NCBI GenBank assembly: GCA_014239735.1
Contig: JAAZYI010000024.1
Coordinates: forward strand, 58,670-122,669
Length of the DNA stretch: 64,000 nucleotides
Source: Dehalococcoidia bacterium
Lineage (GTDB): Bacteria > Chloroflexota > Dehalococcoidia > Lucifugimonadales > Lucifugimonadaceae
Direction of reading: 5' to 3'
A program made the position numbers and the translations under genes. The notes beneath the pieces are model-generated. The model made no database searches. It saw only the letters and a program-made list of their open reading frames with translations, and was not told the origin of the DNA. Every line of letters begins with the position of its first letter. Position 1 is the stretch's first letter. Shown here one piece after another: positions 56,708 through 64,000 of the stretch.

Positions 56708-57787
56708 GTGTTCGAATTTTATATGTTGAACACTAATTTAAAATCTATAAGACACTTTTCTGTGTATCATAAATTTATTTTTATTGTTCCTGTAATTTCA
56801 ATTTTAGGATTAATTTTAATAGTTATATCTTTATCAAATGGGGCTGTATCAACAAATTTCTCAGATTCTTTTAAATATTTATTTTCATATTTTATAGATT
56901 CTTCAACTGTTGACCCTATAAAAGATATGGTAATTTCAAACATAAGAATGCCAAGAATTATATTGTCACTGCTTGTGGGTTCAGCATTAGCTGTCTCTGG
57001 GGCTTCCCTTCAAGGTGTTTTTAAAAATCCAATGGCAGATCCAGGAATAATTGGAGTTTCTTCTGGGGCAGCTGTAGGAGCTGTAGTAATAATATCTTTA
57101 GGGATAGCAGGATCATCAATATTTATACTGCCAATCTTTTCATTCATTGGAGGGTTGTTCGCTGCACTTATAGTTTTTTTATTATCAAGAATTTCTACAA
57201 ATACTTCTGGAACATCTTTTATTCTATCTGGTCTTGCTGTATCAGCATTTTTAAATTCAATAATTTCTTTAGTTTTGGTTTCTTCAAAAAAATTTGGTGA
57301 ACTTAATGCAATTTTAAATTGGCTTGCTGGTGGATTCCAAGATACAAGATGGGAACATGTCTATATGGCCGCCCCTATTATAATTGTGCTTCTGCCGCTA
57401 TTCTTTATTTTTTCAAATAGAATAAATATCTTATCTTTATCTGATGATTCAGCAAAAACATTGGGTTTAAATGTTGAATTAAATAGATTTATATTTTTAG
57501 TTTTAGCAACACTAATGACTTCTGTTTCTGTCGCCGTATGTGGAATACTAGCTTTTGTGGGAATAATGATTCCGCATATAACTAGATTAATTGTAGGCCC
57601 AGATAATAGGCTTGTAATTCCAATTTCAGCTTTAATTGGGGCTGTTTTTTTATTATCCGGCGATCTTATAGCAAGGACTATCTTAGTGCCTAGCGAAATC
57701 AGGTTAGGAATAATTACAAGTTTCATTGGAGCTCCTTACTTTATTTTTCTATTAATCAAACAAAGAAACAACTTTATTGAAAGGTAA
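56708..57787 (+). CDS. btuC: FecCD-family ABC permease (BtuC-like); GTG start or ATG at 56723
   Basis: 'RMPRIILSLLVGSALAVSGASLQGVFKNPMADPGIIGVSSGA', 'LSLSDDSAKTLG', 'GIITSFIGAPYFIFLL'. Confidence 0.88.
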   Translation: MFEFYMLNTNLKSIRHFSVYHKFIFIVPVISILGLILIVISLSNGAVSTNFSDSFKYLFSYFIDSSTVDPIKDMVISNIRMPRIILSLLVGSALAVSGASLQGVFKNPMADPGIIGVSSGAAVGAVVIISLGIAGSSIFILPIFSFIGGLFAALIVFLLSRISTNTSGTSFILSGLAVSAFLNSIISLVLVSSKKFGELNAILNWLAGGFQDTRWEHVYMAAPIIIVLLPLFFIFSNRINILSLSDDSAKTLGLNVELNRFIFLVLATLMTSVSVAVCGILAFVGIMIPHITRLIVGPDNRLVIPISALIGAVFLLSGDLIARTILVPSEIRLGIITSFIGAPYFIFLLIKQRNNFIER

Positions 57788-57790
57788 AAA

Positions 57791-58930
57791 ATGCATAAAT
57801 TACTTCTAACTTTTCTACTTGTTTTCTCATTGGTTGCTTGTGACACCATTGATGAAATTCAGCAAGTAGAAAGTGAAAGTAACATTAATGATTCATTAAT
57901 AGCAAATACTATCGAAGATAAGGATCATGAACACGACGAAGATAAGGATCATGAACTTAGTTTTTCTCATTATCTAGAAGAATTTGGAACTCAAGGATTA
58001 TTAAGCATAGAAAAACTTGATGGCATTGATTTGAGTTGGCCTAGAGAAGTTGAAGCTATGAATGGAAAAATTACAATTGAAGAAAAACCTAATAGAATTC
58101 TAACAATATCTGTTGGTCACGATGAAATGCTTTTTGGTTTTGCTGACATTGATACTATTGTTGCGGTATCGTCTTTTTCTCAAAATGAAACTGGCAATAT
58201 TTATGACCTAACTAAGGATCTGCCTACAATTTCTTCTGAAATAGAAACAATAATTGCTCAAGAGCCTGACTTAGTTTTTGCTGACCCTTACGCTAATCCA
58301 AGTTTGATAGAATCGTTAATAGATGTAGGTATTACTGTTGTTCAGACTCAATTAAATAATGATTATATTGGAAGAATAAATGACATACTGTTTACTTCGT
58401 ATGTTATAGGGCAAACAGAGAATGTCTCTAATCTTATAAGCGTTATAGAGGAAAAAATTTCTATAATTGATGAATTTAAGGGTCAGTTTGATAGAAAGCC
58501 AAGCGTCCTATCAGTTACTTATTATGATGCTTACTGGGCTGCTGGGGCAGGCTCTGCTGAAGGAAGTATAATTGAGCTTGCTGGTGGATTAAATATTGCT
58601 TCAGAGAATGGTGTTGAATCAAATAACATGATTACCAAAGAAGCTTTAATTGATATGAATCCTGAGTATATTGTTATTCCTCAATCAATTGCATGGGGTG
58701 GTCAAGATTTCTATGATTCATTGTTTGCTGATGAGTCGTTTCAATCTATAGACGCAATTATAAATAAAAATGTTTACTTGGTTGATACAAGTTACTTCAC
58801 AACGCTTTCCCATTGGAATATTATTGGAGCAGAAAAATTAATGGAAATAATCTGGGAGGATGAGTGGAATAAGGTAGTTGGTGATTTGCCAGAATTTTAT
58901 TCTTGTATGAACTGCGATATCTACAATTAA
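57791..58930 (+). CDS. periplasmic-binding-protein family (cluster A-2, BtuF/siderophore-type) substrate-binding lipoprotein
   Basis: Lipobox 'SLVAC', 'RILTISVGHDEMLF', 'PDLVFA'. Lies between the permease and ATPase genes. Confidence 0.8.
   Translation: MHKLLLTFLLVFSLVACDTIDEIQQVESESNINDSLIANTIEDKDHEHDEDKDHELSFSHYLEEFGTQGLLSIEKLDGIDLSWPREVEAMNGKITIEEKPNRILTISVGHDEMLFGFADIDTIVAVSSFSQNETGNIYDLTKDLPTISSEIETIIAQEPDLVFADPYANPSLIESLIDVGITVVQTQLNNDYIGRINDILFTSYVIGQTENVSNLISVIEEKISIIDEFKGQFDRKPSVLSVTYYDAYWAAGAGSAEGSIIELAGGLNIASENGVESNNMITKEALIDMNPEYIVIPQSIAWGGQDFYDSLFADESFQSIDAIINKNVYLVDTSYFTTLSHWNIIGAEKLMEIIWEDEWNKVVGDLPEFYSCMNCDIYN
57914..57956 (+). repeat. 19-nt perfect direct repeat (GAAGATAAGGATCATGAAC x2, 24-nt period) encoding EDKDHEHD-EDKDHE
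   Basis: Read directly: copies at 57914-57932 and 57938-57956, inside the linker after the lipoprotein signal. Confidence 0.9.
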
Positions 58931-58936
58931 TTAAAT

Positions 58937-59680
58937 ATGAGCATAAAAATAAAAAAGTTAAGTTATTCCCCTAATAACATAAATGTATTAGATAACATTT
59001 CATTAGATATTAATGGAGGAACAACTACCTTTTTAGGCCAGAATGGATCTGGTAAAACAACTTTAATGAAATTGATTTCAAAATTGATTGATCCAACTAA
59101 TGGGGAAGTTTTAATTAATGATATAAATGTTAAAGATATAAAAAAATATGATTTATCAAAATTAATAACTTATATCTCGCAAGACAGAGAAAATATTCAA
59201 GGCTTTACTGTATTTGAATATGCAGAAATGGGCAGATTTCCATACCAAAACTTTTATGGAAAATATGACAATAAAAGCCTAGAAGCAATAGAAAATTCTT
59301 TAAGAATAGTTAACTTATACAAAAGAAGAGATGATCTTGTTAATAATCTATCTGGGGGCGAAATGCAGATTCTTAGGATTGCAAGAGCTTTAACTCAAGA
59401 TACAGAAATAATATTATTTGATGAGCCTACATCCAATTTAGACATTAAAAACACGAAGAGAGTAAAAGATTTGATTTTAAAACTAAAAGATTTGGGTAAA
59501 AAGATACTGATTTCTACTCATGATATAAATTTTGCTGAATCAATTTCAGATTTTATTTTTATGATTAAAGAGGGAAAATTGATTTATTCAGATATAAAAG
59601 AGAAAGCGCTAACTAAAGAAAATATTATAGATTGTTATGACTTAGATATTTATGAGGGCACTGAAATTAAACTTTTTTAA
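58937..59680 (+). CDS. ABC transporter ATP-binding protein (BtuD/FepC-like)
   Basis: Walker A 'GQNGSGKTT', signature 'LSGGEMQ', Walker B 'ILFDEPTSNLD'. Confidence 0.88.
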   Translation: MSIKIKKLSYSPNNINVLDNISLDINGGTTTFLGQNGSGKTTLMKLISKLIDPTNGEVLINDINVKDIKKYDLSKLITYISQDRENIQGFTVFEYAEMGRFPYQNFYGKYDNKSLEAIENSLRIVNLYKRRDDLVNNLSGGEMQILRIARALTQDTEIILFDEPTSNLDIKNTKRVKDLILKLKDLGKKILISTHDINFAESISDFIFMIKEGKLIYSDIKEKALTKENIIDCYDLDIYEGTEIKLF

Positions 59681-59984
59681 CTGCTTCATCGTTTTTTGCT
59701 AATAATTCTAATAGCTCGTATGTAAATATTCCTGTCGTAGAGCACGGATCAGCATTTGACCAAAGAAATTGATATGCATAATTACCTATAATTAAGAAAT
59801 CAACTATAAATATATCATCAGGTATTGAATTAACGTTGAGTAAGTTCCTGCCTGTCATCTCTTCTATGCAATTTGCACAAGGACACTGCATTCTAAGATA
59901 TTTGTAGGGGAATAAATATTTATTATTTTCGAATTCAAGCAAAAGGCCATTGTCTTCAAGTTGAATTAATGTTGGAATGTTCAT
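59667..59984 (-). CDS. DUF971-family protein (gamma-butyrobetaine-hydroxylase N-terminal-like)
   Basis: 'YLRMQCPCANC' motif and about 105 aa, typical of DUF971. Confidence 0.72.
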   Translation of the reverse strand: MNIPTLIQLEDNGLLLEFENNKYLFPYKYLRMQCPCANCIEEMTGRNLLNVNSIPDDIFIVDFLIIGNYAYQFLWSNADPCSTTGIFTYELLELLAKNDEAVKKV

Positions 59985-60027
59985 ATTCTTATTTTAACTT
60001 ATAATGAAAATAATTAAGAGGAGTGTA

Positions 60028-61203
60028 ATGAGCAAAAAATTTACCGTAGCTGTTATTGGTGCTGGCTCTATATCTCAAGCACATATGAATGGCTATAACA
60101 TCAATGAAAAAGATATCTCTGTAGAAGCAGTGGTAGATCCTGTTGAAAACGCCAGAAAAATTTTTATGGATCAATATGATGTAAAAAAATCTTACTCATC
60201 TATGAAAGATCTATTTGAGCACTTCATTCCTGACATTGTAAGCATATGCACTTGGCATGCATTACACCATGAACAAACAGTAGAAGCAGCGAAAGCAGGA
60301 GTAAAAGCAATAATATGCGAAAAACCTATGGCTATTGGCTCAGGACCAGCTAAAGCTATGATTGATGCATGTGCTGAAAATAATGTAAAACTTGTTATTT
60401 CACATCAAAGAAGATTTACCCCTGGATGGGAAAAAGCCAAAGAACTGGTAGAAAGTGGATTAATTGGCAATCCATTGTTTGTTGAATTGAAAGCATTAGA
60501 GGGGTTACTAAATTGGGCTACACATAATATTGACGGATCCAGGTATATTATAGGAGACCCTGACACAGAATGGGTTTTTGGCTCAGTTGAAAGAACTACT
60601 AATAAGTTTGAGAGAGACACAAGAATAGAAGATTCTTGTATGGGTCTTATTCAATATAAAAATGGCATTCAATCTTTTGTTCAATCAGATTTAGCTCAAT
60701 ATGATTATGAATCTCAATGGAAAACCAACCATCCTATATTTATAAGAGGCGAAATTGGTGCCCTTGATATCACTGAATATGAAGTTAAGTATTTAGGAGG
60801 AAGGTATTCTGGATGGGAAACAATACCTGCTGATATTCCTAAAGAAAAAATTGATCCTATTGGTGGAGATACTAACGGGAAGTTAGTTAAAGAATTGGTT
60901 AATTGGCTTAACGGTGGTAATGACCATAGGTGCTCTGGAGATAAAGCAAAACAAACTTTAGATATAATGATGTCCATTTACCAGTCAGCAAGAATTAATG
61001 AGAAAGTGTATTTTCCTGTTAATGAGAATACTTACCCTCTTGATTTAATGTTTGATGAAGGGAAAATACCTCTTAAAAACCCCGAAAGGTATGACATCAG
61101 AGGCTTCCTTGATAGATCGGATATAGATGAGGAAGATTATAATATGTTAAAAAAACAAGGTATACCTCATCATCAAATAATGCAAAAAGTTAAAAGATTA
61201 TAA
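60028..61203 (+). CDS. Gfo/Idh/MocA-family oxidoreductase
   Basis: 'FTVAVIGAGSISQAH' Rossmann start, 'IICEKPMA'. The ORF track start at 60004 is probably too early. Confidence 0.85.
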   Translation: MSKKFTVAVIGAGSISQAHMNGYNINEKDISVEAVVDPVENARKIFMDQYDVKKSYSSMKDLFEHFIPDIVSICTWHALHHEQTVEAAKAGVKAIICEKPMAIGSGPAKAMIDACAENNVKLVISHQRRFTPGWEKAKELVESGLIGNPLFVELKALEGLLNWATHNIDGSRYIIGDPDTEWVFGSVERTTNKFERDTRIEDSCMGLIQYKNGIQSFVQSDLAQYDYESQWKTNHPIFIRGEIGALDITEYEVKYLGGRYSGWETIPADIPKEKIDPIGGDTNGKLVKELVNWLNGGNDHRCSGDKAKQTLDIMMSIYQSARINEKVYFPVNENTYPLDLMFDEGKIPLKNPERYDIRGFLDRSDIDEEDYNMLKKQGIPHHQIMQKVKRL

Positions 61204-61204
61204 T

Positions 61205-62197
61205 TTATCTATACTCTGAAATTGCGTTCCACATATCTGGATTATCTCCGATATGGGCTTTTATAGGATCTGTAATCTCATTAAATAACCCAGAAATTTC
61301 ATCAGAAATTTCATTTTCAAAGGAAGTTTTATTTAAAAGAACTTCCTTTTTATTTCTTGCGCCTACCAACATAGAAATTACACCTTTTTGTTTTTTTAAC
61401 CAACATAAGGACATAACTGCAGGATTGATATTATAACTATTTGATAAACTTATTATTTTATTAATACAATCAAATAGTAAATCCTCGCATCCTTCATCAT
61501 TATGCCTGCAAAGCTTAGAAGTACTTTTTGAAAAAAGTCTGCTTCTTGAAACTCCATATGGAACATCTTCAACTTTTTTATATCTTCCTGTCAGTAGTCC
61601 TTGCGATAAAGGGCTATAGCATATTATTCCACTTCCTTTTGAAATACATTCAGGCTTAATTTCAAACTCAATTGCTCTCCAAAAACCATTATATGGCAAT
61701 TGATTTGTTACTACTTCAGTTAATTCTGATATTTCTGAAAAATCATTTTTACCAAAGTTGCTTACTCCTATGGTTAATATTTTTCCTTCTTTTTTTAATT
61801 TTTTTAACTCATCAACAGAATCTTGAATTGGTAAATTGTGATTAGGCCAATGAATTTGATAAAGGTCTATATAATCTGTTTTTAATCTTTTGAGGCTTTC
61901 CTCACACGCTTTTCTTATATTTTTTGGTGATAAATCACTTGGAGGGACTTTCGTTCCTATTATGCTTGATTGCCTTTTTTTTATAAGAGCTTTTCCTAAT
62001 ACCTCTTCTGATCGCCCTTCTCCATACCCTGGGGCTGTATCAAAGAAATTTATTCCGTTTTCAATTGATTCATTTACTGCATCTATAGAATCTGAATCAT
62101 TCTGATCGCCCCATAACTCTCCTCCAGCAAAAGGCCAGCAACCTAAAGCAAATTGAGAGATTTTGATTTTACTTTGTCCCAGTTGTGTATATTTCAT
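61205..62197 (-). CDS. aldo/keto reductase
   Basis: 'FDTAPGYGEGRSEE', 'YIDLYQIHWP', 'IGVSNF'. Confidence 0.88.
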   Translation of the reverse strand: MKYTQLGQSKIKISQFALGCWPFAGGELWGDQNDSDSIDAVNESIENGINFFDTAPGYGEGRSEEVLGKALIKKRQSSIIGTKVPPSDLSPKNIRKACEESLKRLKTDYIDLYQIHWPNHNLPIQDSVDELKKLKKEGKILTIGVSNFGKNDFSEISELTEVVTNQLPYNGFWRAIEFEIKPECISKGSGIICYSPLSQGLLTGRYKKVEDVPYGVSRSRLFSKSTSKLCRHNDEGCEDLLFDCINKIISLSNSYNINPAVMSLCWLKKQKGVISMLVGARNKKEVLLNKTSFENEISDEISGLFNEITDPIKAHIGDNPDMWNAISEYR

Positions 62198-62268
62198 ATT
62201 AAATTCTTTTTATTTACATAAATAAACTATAATTAAATTTCTATTTAAACAAATTATTAGACAATTTT

Positions 62269-62607
62269 ATGAAAATATATGCTCAAGCATTAGATCTAAA
62301 AGATAACAAAGATCTAATAATGAAATATGAAAATTACCATAAGAATGTTTGGCCTGAAACGCTTGAAGGGCTTAAATATGTTGGCGTATTGAGAATGCGT
62401 ATTTGGAGGGTTAATAATAGGTTATTTATGCTTATGGAGACATCAGATGATTTTTATATTGAGAAATTTCAAGACTACACATCTAACAATCCAAAAGCTA
62501 AAGAATGGAATGATTTAATGATAAATTTTCAACAACAAATACCATCTCCAACTGGAGAATGGTGGAGCCCAATGAGCTTAGCATTTGATTCTGAATGGTT
62601 TGATTAG
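62269..62607 (+). CDS. rhaM: L-rhamnose mutarotase family protein
   Basis: 'YAQALDLKDN.DLI..YE.YHK.VWPE' and about 110 aa, typical of RhaM/DUF718. Confidence 0.78.
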   Translation: MKIYAQALDLKDNKDLIMKYENYHKNVWPETLEGLKYVGVLRMRIWRVNNRLFMLMETSDDFYIEKFQDYTSNNPKAKEWNDLMINFQQQIPSPTGEWWSPMSLAFDSEWFD

Positions 62608-63386
62608 AAAAGGTTGCTACTCTGTCCAGCATCTATATTTATGCACGTTCCAGTAATTGTAAATGCTTGAATTGATGAAAGAAATGCCACCATTTCACCT
62701 ACTGGCTCTGGCTTCCCGAAATCACCCATAGGAAGGTTCTGTTTTATAAAATCATCAACCTCTTCTTTTGGTGAATTATTGACAAATTTTTCCCATGAAC
62801 CTCCATGATGTTTAATAGATCCTGGGGCTATTGAATTTACAGTAATACCCGATTTGGCTGTTTCTATAGCCATATGCTTAGTTGCAGCAATTAAGCTAGC
62901 CTTAGAAGACATGTAGCTTGAACTTTTGCCTCCATATTCACGCCCAAATATAGACGAAATATTTATTATCCTTCCCCACTTATTAGTTAGCATTTTCTTT
63001 GATACTATTTTCATCAATTTTAGAGAAGCCCAAAAATTTAAGTTAAAAACTTTTTCATAATTTTCAAGATCATCTTTTAATAATGAATCTGAACCTAGTG
63101 ACCCACCAACATTATTTACTAGAATATCAATATCTCCAATATTCCTTTCTGCTTTATTTACTAATTCGCTTAAAGAATCTAGATCGTTATTAATCTCGTG
63201 CTTAATACCAATATATTTAATATTTTTTTTATCTAATAGATCAATTGTTTCTTTTATTCCTTCGTCTGATCTAGAGCAAAATGCAATATTAACTCCTTCA
63301 TTTGACAATGATTTTAAAGATGCTAAGCCGAGACCCCTTGTTCCTCCAGTAATCAGAGCATTTTTGCCTTTTATTCCTAGATCCAT
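62604..63386 (-). CDS. short-chain dehydrogenase/reductase (SDR)
   Basis: 'ITGGTRGLG', 'NNVG', catalytic 'YMSSKAS' (Y-x-x-x-K), 'PG'. Confidence 0.9.
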   Translation of the reverse strand: MDLGIKGKNALITGGTRGLGLASLKSLSNEGVNIAFCSRSDEGIKETIDLLDKKNIKYIGIKHEINNDLDSLSELVNKAERNIGDIDILVNNVGGSLGSDSLLKDDLENYEKVFNLNFWASLKLMKIVSKKMLTNKWGRIINISSIFGREYGGKSSSYMSSKASLIAATKHMAIETAKSGITVNSIAPGSIKHHGGSWEKFVNNSPKEEVDDFIKQNLPMGDFGKPEPVGEMVAFLSSIQAFTITGTCINIDAGQSSNLF

Positions 63387-64000
63387 ATTTCTACTACTCC
63401 TTTTATTAATCCAACCATAAATAATTGAAATATCATTGTACTTGGAATATACGTAAATATGACAATCAAGAATGATTTTAGATATCTTAAATACAAAGAT
63501 TGATTAATTTCTAAATTGAATCCGTATAAAACAAATATTGATCTTATAATTAATGTATATAGCCATATTGTTGATATGAATATAATAATATCTGATAGAA
63601 TTTTTTGCTCACGAATAATTGGCGCAACTGAAATCATACCAATCAAAACTGGAATTTGAATCAACGATAGTAAATTTATATGCTTTTTAAATGTTAGTAT
63701 GTTTATTTCATCTGGACTTTCGCCATTAATATTTTTTAATCCTGCCCTAATTGGTGTAGCAAACAATGTAATTCCTAAAAAATATAATCCTGAAATAATA
63801 AATAAATTTTGGCTTAAAAGCCCTATAAACTTAATAATAAATTCTGATGTTGAAAAATTTAAACTTGAATCAAATTGTAAGAATGGGTAAATTGCCCCGC
63901 AAATACACGAAAGAATTAGAATAATTAATGAAATTATAATATTTTTATCTGAATAAAATAATCTTTCAAAAGGCTGATTTGTAAATGAAAGATTTAGTGT
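63377..64000 (-). CDS. polytopic membrane protein, N-terminus beyond the window edge
   Basis: I checked the minus-strand frame codon by codon from 63766 to 64000 and found no stop. The sequence is hydrophobic throughout. The listed TTG start at 63766 is probably internal. Confidence 0.55.
   Translation of the reverse strand, partial: TLNLSFTNQPFERLFYSDKNIIISLIILILSCICGAIYPFLQFDSSLNFSTSEFIIKFIGLLSQNLFIISGLYFLGITLFATPIRAGLKNINGESPDEINILTFKKHINLLSLIQIPVLIGMISVAPIIREQKILSDIIIFISTIWLYTLIIRSIFVLYGFNLEINQSLYLRYLKSFLIVIFTYIPSTMIFQLFMVGLIKGVVEIWI

Noticed and set aside
1-64000. Looked for CRISPR arrays, transposases or integrases, phage genes, toxin-antitoxin pairs, restriction-modification or other defence genes, tRNA and rRNA genes
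   Set aside because: None found. There are no spaced direct-repeat arrays and no recognisable mobile-element or defence protein motifs, and the intergenic regions are too short to hold them. The only nucleotide repeat noticed is the 19-nt duplication at 57914-57956.

Overview
AT-rich (about one-third G+C by eye), extremely gene-dense bacterial chromosomal segment with about 70 genes. Many neighbouring genes overlap by 1-20 nt, TTG/GTG starts are frequent, and there is almost no intergenic DNA. I saw no rRNA, tRNA, CRISPR array, transposase, integrase, prophage or recognisable transcription factor. The only clear RNA elements are a tmRNA and a cobalamin riboswitch. Gene order (pgk-tpiA; miaA-dapF-hflX; alaS-ruvX-aroE-aroC-aroK-aroB; a PAC2-family protein) resembles Actinobacteria, so I infer a streamlined low-GC, probably marine, actinobacterium. 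That is inference only. Contents in order: glycolysis and tRNA-modification genes; diaminopimelate genes; smpB plus tmRNA; a consolidated futalosine-pathway menaquinone operon with UbiD/UbiX/UbiA tailoring genes; pyrD; the shikimate pathway and alaS; a hydroxy-acid dehydrogenase operon; a nine-gene corrinoid-dependent methyl-transfer cluster (28955-36393); apt; a ThDP enzyme; alkA; pepN; an enolase-superfamily enzyme; transporters; aroA, gmk, glxK and lhgO; a B12-riboswitch-controlled BtuCFD-like importer; and sugar and oxidoreductase genes. The most interesting locus is the corrinoid cluster. It holds MTHFR, separate pterin-binding, homocysteine-binding and B12-binding modules (a split, activation-domain-less MetH), a RACo/RamA-type ATP-dependent reductive activase, an extra MtaA/MtsA-type zinc methyltransferase, and two orphan proteins (220 aa and about 89 aa, the latter Cys-rich) whose function I cannot assign. 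All functional calls come from motif and family recognition by eye. No searches were run.
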